Sequence record: LC778249.1
DNA: 64,000 nucleotides
Strand: one strand, 5' to 3'
The position numbers were made by a program, and so were the translations under genes. Positions 26,753 to 36,799 of the stretch are shown here, one piece after another (position 1 is the first letter of the stretch; every line of letters begins with the position of its first letter). The notes beneath the pieces are model-generated. The model ran no database searches. It was given only the letters and a program-made list of their open reading frames with translations, and had not been told where the DNA came from.

Positions 26753-28801
26753 ATGACTAATCAAGAAAAGATGCAAGCTCTGGTAGAATACATCAAGCCT
26801 CGTATCGACTCTCGGATTGCAGAATATGTCCGTGTTCGCAGTCTGAAATCTGTCGGTGAATATACCGTAGAGATCATCATGGTCGGTGCAAAGCAAGGTT
26901 GTTCTGATGTTGAATACTTCAACGCTCGTTGGGCGCATTTCATGCTTCACGACGGTGACGACAAATTTACCGCGCTATGTGGTGACTGCAAGTGGAAATC
27001 CGGTGTGAAATTCCCAGTTCTTCGCAATCAGAAATCTCTGGAACTGGCATGTGATAAAGTGATTGCCTTTGTTAACGCTAACGTCGAGATTTTCAAGGAA
27101 TGTTATGGGATCTAACTTAAATGTTTTTGATGTAATCGCCATCTCTGCCTGTGGGATATTGATGGCGATGATCGCAATCATGATAATCGAAGAACTGCCA
27201 AAGTTTATTCGCGTAAGCCGAGATATGCATTCGATTAACATGGTAATCACTAGAACTGGTATACAACTTGAACGGGTAAATGTCGTTCAGTTTGTTTTCA
27301 AGTCTAGCACTCGAACGAGTCGCCCGTTGCTTGCTTCCGAAGTTTATAGCTTTTGGAAAGCGTGTGATAAAGGCGTCAACTTCGAACAACACTCAACACC
27401 AATAGAGGAATAAAATGGCACTGTTCATTATCTCCCTTAGTATCTTGTCTTGTATCGCGGTAGTGGTTGGTTTGTTTATCGGCATCGATCAATACCGTAC
27501 CAAGAAGCGTAAACGTCGAGTTAACTGGGTATTGGAGCACTATCGCGAAGTTCGCGAAGTTCTGCAAGAGAAAGGCATTCGGCTCGAAATGTATAACAAT
27601 GGAATTATTACCGATTTCGCGGGTGCCGCGTCTTGGTTCCGATTCATTGATAACGTTGAGGGTGCGCAAACTCGCAATCTTACCATTCATGAATTCTATG
27701 ATCTCATGATGCAAGTTCAGGGAACAAATAACATTCGCAAATATCTATTTGCGCAACGTTACATCTACAGGCGTTTTAATGTCAAATAACTATCAGGACA
27801 TTAGCGGACCTTCGAAAGAAATAGTCCTGCAAAATTTCCAGAAGTTGATAGACGGACAACGCTTTGATGAAAAATATATTCCGGTATATGTGACAAATGT
27901 CACAAAAATAATGGACAAACCACTTGTAGTTCCTAGACCAGTTGTGATAAAATCTCTCTCAGATTCAAATGATATGAGGAGTGATGACAAATGGTGGAGA
28001 AAGGACTAAACGCAATCTGGTGTTTGCTCATTATTCTGAACATCGTAATATGGGCCATGATCGGGAGCAACGACTTCATGATCATGGTCTTAAAGGCGAT
28101 TTACCCAATTTTAGTGTGGATGCAAATATGAAAAAGTTTGGAATTCTAGCAATTGCTCTGTTGCTGACTGGCTGTGATACTATCACACAAGAAACAACCA
28201 ATGGTTATCAGATGGTGCCTGGCCTTGATGGCTGTAAGGTGTTTCATCTTCGATCTAAAACCGAACAAAATCTGTATGTGACTCGTTGTCCGACCACTAC
28301 CTCAACTCACTGGGACATATCAAACGGTAAGAGTACCAGCCATTACGACTCGACTGCCGATAACTATGATCCTAATGCCGAAACATTGGAACAAGCAATC
28401 GAACGTCTGAACACCAATCTGGCTGAACTCTACAAGCAAAAGGCTATGCAATGATTATCACAGTTGATCCGTTTGAGTTATCGGTTGGTATAATGGTCGT
28501 CGCTGGCACGATTGCGTTGATCTGCAATGTTGCTAAACATGCGTTGGCGCGTGACTCAATGGCAAAAAGTCTGGTTTATATCAATGCTAATTTGGCAGAA
28601 TTTGGCCTGTCTATCAAGATCGACAAACGAAAGTATGTGATTACCGATGGAAACCGAATCACCCGTCCTATGAATGCATATGATACTGAATATTTTCTGA
28701 AACAGCTAGGCGAAGAAAGAACACAGGTAATGGATTGCTTTAGGATTCACTCTGGCGTTATTCCAAGTCCTGTTAACTTCATGAGAAAAGGTGATAAATG
28801 A
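26753..28801 (+). other. Hypothetical CDS incl. membrane proteins and lipoprotein (26753-27115, 27415-27789, 27780-28009, 28128-28454 lipobox LTGC, 28451-28801)
   Basis: + strand ORFs, hydrophobic N-termini. Confidence 0.6.
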
Positions 28802-29751
28802 AAACTATGATGAAAACCGTATTCGGCTCGCATCTGTACGGGCTGAGTACACCAACTTCGGATCGCGATTACAAAGGGATCTTTATTCCCACTAAGCGGG
28901 AGATCATTCTGGGTGGTCGAGAAGTCTACAACGAAAGCACTGGTGGTAAAGGTAAAAACGGCGCCGATGATATCGATACCGAAATGATGTCTTTGCGTCA
29001 GTTCATCAAGCTGGCGAGCAAAGGCGAAACTATGTGTATCGATATGTTGCACAGTAACCAGCTCTTGGAAACTTCTCCTTATTGGGAAGTAATTCAGCAA
29101 AATCGGTCTATGTTTTACACGACTCGTATGGATGCATTCTTAGGCTACTGCCGAAAACAAGCTACCAAGTACGGTGTTAAGGGTACTCGACTAGCTGCAC
29201 TCGAACGAGTGATGACCGTTATCTCTAACATTCCTCAGTCGGACATGAACTATCGTCTCCGTTATTTTGTTGATCGTCTGCCAACTGATGAATTCACATT
29301 CTCTGGTACCGAAGTATCCCGTACCGGTGAAACTGTCGAGTTCTATGAGGTGCTGGGTCGCAAGTATCTGTATGGAATCAAGATCACCGAGTTTATCCAG
29401 CAAGTCCAGAAGATTTGGGAAGAGTATGGTGATCGTGCTAAACGTGCGAAAGAGGAAGTCGGTGTAGACTGGAAAGCGTTGAGTCATGCTATCCGAGGCG
29501 GTGAACAACTGCTTGAGATCTATCGGACTGGAGATCTGAAATTCCCGCTGAAACATCGTGAATTTATTCTTGACGTTAAGCTAGGAAAGCGTAGTCTGGT
29601 AGACGAAGTTAATCCCTATCTCGAACAGCTTATGAACGATGTTGAGAAAGAGGTTGTGATCGCTCGCAAAAACGGTATGCGCGAAACTGTGAATCGTGAA
29701 TACTGGGACGATTTTGTCTATGAGGTCTATCTCGCGGAGCTGCTGTCATGA
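28798..29751 (+). CDS. DNA pol beta-fold nucleotidyltransferase (RlaP/Nuc-transf-like)
   Basis: GSHLYGLSTPTSDRDYKGIF (GS..YG......D.D) and DWKALSHAIR. Confidence 0.85.
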   Translation: MKTMMKTVFGSHLYGLSTPTSDRDYKGIFIPTKREIILGGREVYNESTGGKGKNGADDIDTEMMSLRQFIKLASKGETMCIDMLHSNQLLETSPYWEVIQQNRSMFYTTRMDAFLGYCRKQATKYGVKGTRLAALERVMTVISNIPQSDMNYRLRYFVDRLPTDEFTFSGTEVSRTGETVEFYEVLGRKYLYGIKITEFIQQVQKIWEEYGDRAKRAKEEVGVDWKALSHAIRGGEQLLEIYRTGDLKFPLKHREFILDVKLGKRSLVDEVNPYLEQLMNDVEKEVVIARKNGMRETVNREYWDDFVYEVYLAELLS

Positions 29752-30473
29752 GTCGAAGCGCATCGGAAATGAATCCGTTAAAAGATTGGGCGTATGATTC
29801 AAGTAACTTTATTTCTGGTCATATCCGAATCCCGAAAACATATAAAATCACAAAAGAAAGCTTGACGTTGGAAGACGTATCGCTTATTATCCGTGCATTG
29901 GATATTGGGATTGCTGATACACACCCTCTATTCGATCAAGCTGTTAAACAAGGACTTATAAATGTACCCGTTTAAAAATGGGGAACGAGTCAAGGTAGAA
30001 CTCGTTTCTGGTCAAGTCGGCAACGTGCGAGAATTCACTGGCACTGTTGTCGGTGTGGCTACCAATCATTCGATTCAATTTCTAGGATATGGCTTCATTG
30101 TCTTGGTTGATGCTAATCAAGGTTGGGAAGATCTGACTGGATTTGGCTCCGATTACACTATCGCATATAGTCGATATATGGAGCGTCTGTAAGGACGATT
30201 GGTTTGATTTTTTACACCGACCGTCAACGATTGTAATCATATGGATTTTTACGATATTGTTTGCAATCTTCTGGGGCTGATGTATAATCAACATCAGTTT
30301 CTAGCACTAACGTTTCTGGTAATACCGTTGGCAATAATGAAAAAGTTGTTGACACTCGCAATAGAGAATCGTATACTGGAAACGTTAAACAAACTTGGCG
30401 ATAACAAAAGCCTACTCATATTACTTGTGCTGGTTATCGCTTTACTCTCAACAAACTAAGAGGTATCATTTTG

Positions 30474-31145
30474 ATGTCTAAGAATTTCATTCACTCTGTA
30501 ATCGTCGGTCTGGCTATCGCTGCTTCTGCTTTTGGTTGTCAACAAGCTAAAGCATCCGATCTGACCGAAACCGTGGCTCAAGTACAACTGGAAAAGATTT
30601 ACATTGAGCGCAACACCAATACCGACGTTACCGAGTATGGCATGGGCGTAGCTCTTCCGGCTAACTACTTCATGGAAGTGAAGCACGAAACCAACAAACA
30701 CACTGCTGGTGTGCTGGGTAAGAGTCTGCAAGTTAGCGACGACTTCACCTTTGTTCCGAGCGTAGAATACGGCATCTTCGAAGGCGACGATACTGATCAC
30801 GAAACCTACGTGCAAGGTATCGTCGAATACATGCCGGTCGCTAAGTTCCTGGCTTATGCTGGTGCCGGTTACAGCTTCATGAACGAGGGTCAAGATTACA
30901 GCAAGATCAAAGCCGGCGTTAGCTATGAGCTGCATCCTGAAATGACCGTTGCTTATAACTACACTCGCAAGGGCTTCCACGAGCGTACCGATTTTGATCT
31001 GGGTCTGGCCACCGAGAATGAACATGAAATCGCTCTGACCTTTACCGATCACATGATTCAGCCGTATGTCAAGATGCGTCACACTGTTACCACCGGTGTT
31101 GGCTATGATAACTCTGCCGTACTGGGTGCCGCTCTGGTATTCTAA
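30474..31145 (+). CDS. Outer-membrane beta-barrel protein
   Basis: Signal peptide, alternating amphipathic strands (YAGAGYS, KAGVSYE, VAYNYT), C-terminal Phe. Confidence 0.7.
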   Translation: MSKNFIHSVIVGLAIAASAFGCQQAKASDLTETVAQVQLEKIYIERNTNTDVTEYGMGVALPANYFMEVKHETNKHTAGVLGKSLQVSDDFTFVPSVEYGIFEGDDTDHETYVQGIVEYMPVAKFLAYAGAGYSFMNEGQDYSKIKAGVSYELHPEMTVAYNYTRKGFHERTDFDLGLATENEHEIALTFTDHMIQPYVKMRHTVTTGVGYDNSAVLGAALVF

Positions 31146-31268
31146 TAACGTGAAGGGGTAGAAATACCCCTCATAAAAAGCTTGTCTTGTGTTGAAAAGT
31201 ATGAGACAATCTTTTTGTGAGAAAGACTCACTAAACCAAAATATCAATCATGAAGGGAGCCTTCAAAA

Positions 31269-32711
31269 ATGAACGTATTTAAAACCAACCTGGCAGTAAC
31301 TACCGACTCTTACAAAATCAGCCATCCGTATCAGTTCCCAGCTGGGACCGATGCAATCAGTCTTTACGCTGAGCCGCGTGTGGACGATGATGTAATGATC
31401 TCCGGTTTGCATTTTGTTGCGCGTACTCTGGAGCAGGGTGTGACCGTCGCTGACGTCAACCGCGCTAACATGTTGTTCAAATCCCACTTCGGTCGCGACA
31501 TGTTCGCATATGAAATGTGGATGAATATTGCAACCAACGGCGGCAAACTTCCGGTTAACCTGTATGGTGCGAAAGAAGGTCAAGTAATCCCTGGTCGTAA
31601 CGCGACTATGGTAGTTGAAATCTTCGGACCGAACTACAGTCTCGGTGGTCACCTTGAAACTTTCCTGTTGCGTGGTCACTGGTATCCCAGTACCGTTGCT
31701 TCTATCAGCTTCAAGATCAAGAAACTCGTTAAAAAGTATCTGAAAGAAACCTCCGATCTGACTGGTGCCGATTTCGATTTCGTACTGAAAACCCGTCTGC
31801 ATGACTTCGGTGCTCGCGGTGCGACTTGTGAACAAGCGGCAAAGCTGGGTGGTCTGGCACATCTGATCAACTTCATCGGTACCGATACCGTCGAAGCTCT
31901 GATTATGGCACAAGACCTGTATGATCTGGCACATGATATCGCTGTTGGTATCAGTATTCCGGCTCGCGAACACACCACTACCATTTGCTACGGTGATGAA
32001 GGTTTGCTGACTCCTGAACAGGAAGATGAAGCATTCTGGAACAGCATTCGTAACTGGGGTGATGGTGTTTACGCGATTGTGGCTGACTCCATCGACTACA
32101 AATCAGCGGTAGATCGTCTGACCACTGGTGAGTTCAAGCGCGAAATTCTGGCTCGCGGCGGTACTTGCGTGATTCGTCCTGACTCTGGTGACATGTTTGA
32201 TAATATCGGATATGCTCTGGAAACTATCGCGAAGAACGTCGGTTTCACTGTGAACAGCAAGGGTTACAAAGTCCTGCATGGTAGCTACCGTGTTATTCAG
32301 GGCGACGGCCTGAGTTCCGACAAAGATGTTGAAGCCTGTCTCGAGTTCATCAAAGTTCTGGGTTACAGTATCGAAAACGTCGCTTTCGGCATGGGTGGTG
32401 GTCTGTTGCAGAAATGCGACCGTGACACTCAGAAATGGGCTTACAAATGCTCTGCGATTCGCGTTAACGGTGTCTGGCGTCGTGTGCGTAAGAACCCGAA
32501 AGATGCAGCGTGGAAAGCTTCCAAAGCCGGTCGTCTGCGTCTGGTGAAAATTGACGGTGAATACAAGACTGTTGATATTCTTGATCCGCAGTTCGCACAG
32601 TACGAACACAACAACGAATATGTCCAGTATCTGCGTGAAGGCACTTGCACCCATGTTTATAACATGAGTGTGTTTGAAGAAGCCCGACTCCGCAGCGACG
32701 AACAAGCTTAA
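31269..32711 (+). CDS. nadV: Nicotinamide phosphoribosyltransferase (NAMPT)
   Basis: TDSYKISH, RLHDFGARG, SIPAREH, VIRPDSGD, VIQGDG, FGMGGGLLQK, RDTQKWAYKCS. Confidence 0.95.
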   Translation: MNVFKTNLAVTTDSYKISHPYQFPAGTDAISLYAEPRVDDDVMISGLHFVARTLEQGVTVADVNRANMLFKSHFGRDMFAYEMWMNIATNGGKLPVNLYGAKEGQVIPGRNATMVVEIFGPNYSLGGHLETFLLRGHWYPSTVASISFKIKKLVKKYLKETSDLTGADFDFVLKTRLHDFGARGATCEQAAKLGGLAHLINFIGTDTVEALIMAQDLYDLAHDIAVGISIPAREHTTTICYGDEGLLTPEQEDEAFWNSIRNWGDGVYAIVADSIDYKSAVDRLTTGEFKREILARGGTCVIRPDSGDMFDNIGYALETIAKNVGFTVNSKGYKVLHGSYRVIQGDGLSSDKDVEACLEFIKVLGYSIENVAFGMGGGLLQKCDRDTQKWAYKCSAIRVNGVWRRVRKNPKDAAWKASKAGRLRLVKIDGEYKTVDILDPQFAQYEHNNEYVQYLREGTCTHVYNMSVFEEARLRSDEQA

Positions 32712-32800
32712 AAATAAAAGGCACCTTCGGGTGCCTTTTTTGTTGACATCGTTTTTGGACCTGATATTCTACACATATCAAACGAACTGAGGAAAACATC

Positions 32801-35067
32801 ATGATCAACATCAACGAAACTATCAAGACAAACGACGGCATGACTATCAAGCTGTGGGATCTTCGTGTTGAGCGTGGCGACATTGTTGCATGTATGACAC
32901 CAGAAGGCCCGAGCGACGATTTCGAGTGTAGCATCATGTTGTTCAGTGGTTTCATGGCTGACGAATTCAGACTGAATCATCGTTTCGTTGGTAAGATTGT
33001 TCATGCCGAAGATGATAGCTATTACATGAACGCGCATTCAGTTGCAACTGTTTTCATGGAAAAGATTCTTGCGAAAGGCGAAATCGATATCAACCACTGG
33101 ACTTGTGTTAAACGCTAATAATGCTTGAATCGCGAAATCAAACCTGCTAAGATAGCTTTATCAAATCAAGAGGAAGTAATCATGAAATTCTATCCGTTCG
33201 TATCTGCTGCTGGTGTTTCTCGCGTTGACTACACCGTTTCTTATGCTACTGCCGAAGAAGCAACTAACGCCGGTCGTAACATCATGATTGGCAATATGCG
33301 TAAGTGGAAGAACTACGGATATTATTCCTCTGGTAAGACTGTTGTTATGGGAGAGCGTTTGATCTAATGTATGATTTCAAACCCGTAAAGACGGAGACTA
33401 AGGTAACGAGAATCAAAAATCGTTACCACATCCGTTTGTTCGTTGATGGAAAACTATACGACGAAATGGCTTGTCAATGTCGAATCGATATCGGACTATG
33501 CTGCCGCAAAATGCTGCGCTGGGTAGATAAGATGGGACATAACAGTCCTCATGCATCTGCGGTACGTCGCCGCATGTGGAATAGTGAAAAATACCAACAA
33601 ACGAGCGTTGGTAAAATCTGGTATATAGGACTTAGAAATGATCAATGATGAAATGATCGCTTACATGGCAGCAAGTGCCGTTAGCAAAGAGCAACTTAGA
33701 CAGATTCGAGAGCTGGAAGAACTGTATTCTGCCGAACGTGTTGGCTCGAAGTTGTCACGCGAAGGCGTTAAACTGTTGAGTAGAATCAACGCGATGTATG
33801 AACATCGTATGACTCAGATTGTTCCAGAAGTCGTTCGAGCCGAACGAGCATTCACGGAGTCGGCGCATCGCCATTACGCTAACTCTCTTATTAAAGGAAA
33901 CGAGATTTTATGACAAATGATTTTAATCTAGAGTTTATGAAACTCACTGAACGACTAGCTGAATCTCTGTATCTTATGAACCGAGCTCGGCTTGATGTTG
34001 CTTCATATGCTGAGTTTTCCGAGTATTACGATCAAGCGTTTACTGATTTCGATGGAATCGCGAAGCTTCTACGGACAATTAGCGGCATTGAACTCGAAAC
34101 TTCTACTATGAAGGCATATCTTCGTGGTTTGAGTTGTCAGCTCCAGCATATTGTCGAACGTAAACAGATCGCGGATCTTGGACGTCAGTTTGTCTATCCT
34201 ATTGATCCATATGAGGAAAGTTTCAAACTGTATCGTGAATTAGTATTGAGTGGTGGTCGAACCGTTCTAGTGAAATTTTTTTCAAAAAGTAGTTGACGCT
34301 AGGTGTGGCCGTGTTATTATGGCCACATCAAGACGAGAGACGTCTTATCAACAAACTGAGGAAAACATCATGAAACACTTCAACATCACCAAACTCGAAA
34401 TCATCGAATCTGTTAGCTCTGATGCTTATAAAGCAGCTAAAGAAGCTGGCGACATCGTTGTTTCTCGCTGGGACTGGAAATCTCTGGAGCAAGCCGAACA
34501 AGTTGTTGAGCTGTTTTCCGAGAAAGAATCTCTGTTGGCTGTTGACCGTGGTGAGTGGGTTTCTCCTCGTTTTGATGTTGTTCGTATGCCGCAAGTTGGT
34601 GACGAAGTGAGCCGTTCCTTTAACGGTGATTACTATCCAGAGGGGACTATCGTTAAGATTTCCAAATCTCTGCAAATCACTACCTCGACTGGAAAGACTT
34701 TCTACCGTCGCAAAAAGACCGGCACTTGGCTGTACTCCAAAATGTGGGGTCTGGTACAAGGCCATCACAACAAATGGAATCCGGAGTTCTAATGTACGGT
34801 TTTAGTTTGAGTCCAATGATTGCTTTGTTCCAACATCGAATCAAAGCATACGAAAACATCTATGCGGAGTGCAAGGCACTCCGTGTTAAAAACAAAGATC
34901 GAAATCTTCCCACTGAGGAAAGAGTTGTCGCAAGAGCACAAGCACAAATTCTTGTGCAATCCACGTTGACATCATTGGTAAATCGGTATACCATGTCAGG
35001 GTTAACTGGTAGTCAGAAAGAACAGTTGAAGAAATTGATCTCTGATTTCGAAAATCTTAAAGTGTGA
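32801..35067 (+). other. Hypothetical early CDS (32801-33118, 33182-33367, 33367-33648, 33638-33913, 33910-34296, 34370-34792, ~34792-35067)
   Basis: Packed ORFs after promoters at 32743 and 34293. Confidence 0.6.
34293..34327 (+). promoter_or_regulatory. Early stem-loop promoter (PeSL-like)
   Basis: TTGACG-N16-TATTAT; TGTGGCC/GGCCACA. Confidence 0.85.
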
Positions 35068-35074
35068 GGAATAT

Positions 35075-35998
35075 ATGATTGGTTTTGCGTGTCAAATGGG
35101 TGAAGTTGTTAACGGTGAATTCAAGCAGTATAACGATACCAAGTTCGGCACTGTTCGCGTGTGCGATATGGAAAAGCTTAACGAGAAAGCTGGTATCGCC
35201 AAGCTGTGTGATAAAGTCATGGCTAATCTTACCGCACTCAGTAACATGGTAAATCGAGTGTCTAAACTTCACGAAAGCCAGCGTTTGCTGCGCATTACCT
35301 CCGATTTGCTGCCGCTTTACGCGCATCCGAAATATGCTTCCTATTATGATAGTTTCCGTGAACGTGTCATTCTTGTCCTTAACATGATTGGCAATAAGGC
35401 ATATCAGTCTAATATCAGACTGTCCATGCATCCTTCACAGTATACCATTCTCAATAGTGATCGTCCAGAAGTCGTCGATAACGCTTTGCTGGACTTGGAA
35501 ATGCATACATTTATCCTCAGAAATCTACTTGTTCCCAAGTATGAGGGTATCATTAATATTCACCTCAATGGTAAGACTGACGTTCTTCCTGTTGATCGTA
35601 TGAGCGAACACCTCAAATCATATATCACATTTGAGAATGACGAAAAGACTGGTACTTTGACCCGCACACTGGAGATCTGTGAGCGTTACGGATTCCCTGT
35701 GCTGCTAGACATTCACCATCATTTCTGCAATCGTACTGATGGTGGCGTGTTGTTGACTGCTGATGATCCTTTGGTACAACGTGTTCACGCGACTTGGAAA
35801 TCTCGTATGCGTCGTCCAAAGATTCACGTTTCGCAATCTCGTGGTACTGATAATTTCCGTGATATTTGCGCACATAGCGATATCATCGACGACAAAAAAG
35901 TTATCGATGCGGCGTTGACATTCCATCGTCATTTCGATATTATGGTCGAAGCAAAACACAAGAACGTGGCAAGTCGTATTCTTGCCAGTCACTTATAA
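35075..35998 (+). CDS. uvsE: UV damage endonuclease (UvdE/UvsE family)
   Basis: RITSDLLP, RLSMHPSQYTILNS, INIH, FENDEK, LLDIHHH, AHSD, MVEAKHK. Confidence 0.92.
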   Translation: MIGFACQMGEVVNGEFKQYNDTKFGTVRVCDMEKLNEKAGIAKLCDKVMANLTALSNMVNRVSKLHESQRLLRITSDLLPLYAHPKYASYYDSFRERVILVLNMIGNKAYQSNIRLSMHPSQYTILNSDRPEVVDNALLDLEMHTFILRNLLVPKYEGIINIHLNGKTDVLPVDRMSEHLKSYITFENDEKTGTLTRTLEICERYGFPVLLDIHHHFCNRTDGGVLLTADDPLVQRVHATWKSRMRRPKIHVSQSRGTDNFRDICAHSDIIDDKKVIDAALTFHRHFDIMVEAKHKNVASRILASHL

Positions 35999-36265
35999 TG
36001 CGTGGAATGAACATCATTCATGAACACGGCAGATATTCGATGGTATCTGCCGGTGAACATCAAAACGTGATTACTTGGTATTTTTGTATTGACGGACATC
36101 GTAAATTCGGTTATGGTACTAAGGAATGTCCTACTTTAGAAACCGCTATCCATGATTATCGGAAAGGTTTAGAAAGCGACATCAAACATTCAAAGGAAAG
36201 AGTTGCATATCATTCCGAACGTGATAAGATGTTAACTCAAGAACTCAAAGAGCTGGAGAAAGATT

Positions 36266-36718
36266 ATGAAAATGTCTAAACTGTATGCACTGGTAGCAAC
36301 TTGCTTCGCCGACACCAACGACAAAGGCGGTCGTCCCTACTTCGAACATTGTCTGGCAGTTCTGAAAGGACTTCCTCAATGTGCCGATGAAGCAACTCGC
36401 CAAGCAGCACTGGCTCACGATGTAATCGAAGACATCGAAGGCGGTCGCGATATGCTTCTGGCTGCGGGTATGAGTATCGATGCCGTTCAACTCGTTGACA
36501 ACGTGAGCAAACGTCCTGGCGAGCCTATGTCCGAATATAAGGCACGGGTAAAATCTGACATTCGATCCGTTTACATCAAAATGAGCGATCTCCGTCATAA
36601 CAGTGATATTCGTCGGCTCAAGGGTGTTGGTCCTAAGGACATCATCCGTACCATCGAGTACCAAGAGTTCTATCGCGAACTTGAGGATTACGTCGCTAAG
36701 TATTTTTCAATGCCTTAA
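36266..36718 (+). CDS. Stand-alone HD-domain hydrolase (SpoT/Mesh1-like)
   Basis: GRPYFEH, ALAHDVIED, IKMSDLRHN. Confidence 0.75.
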   Translation: MKMSKLYALVATCFADTNDKGGRPYFEHCLAVLKGLPQCADEATRQAALAHDVIEDIEGGRDMLLAAGMSIDAVQLVDNVSKRPGEPMSEYKARVKSDIRSVYIKMSDLRHNSDIRRLKGVGPKDIIRTIEYQEFYRELEDYVAKYFSMP

Positions 36719-36737
36719 AAATAATCCAAAAAAGTTA

Positions 36738-36774
36738 TTGACTCTCGATGTGGACATGATAGGATGTCCACATC
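36738..36774 (+). promoter_or_regulatory. Early stem-loop promoter (PeSL-like)
   Basis: TTGACT-N16-TAGGAT; 11-bp GATGTGGACAT/ATGTCCACATC. Confidence 0.85.
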
Positions 36775-36799
36775 AACACAAACAACTGAGGAATAAATT

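Noticed and set aside
31269-32711. Complete NARP2 NAD-reconstitution operon
   Set aside because: No NMNAT is recognisable in the window.
12836-32741. CRISPR array from the repeated 23-nt hairpin
   Set aside because: Copies are kilobases apart and are ordinary terminators; no spacer periodicity or cas genes.
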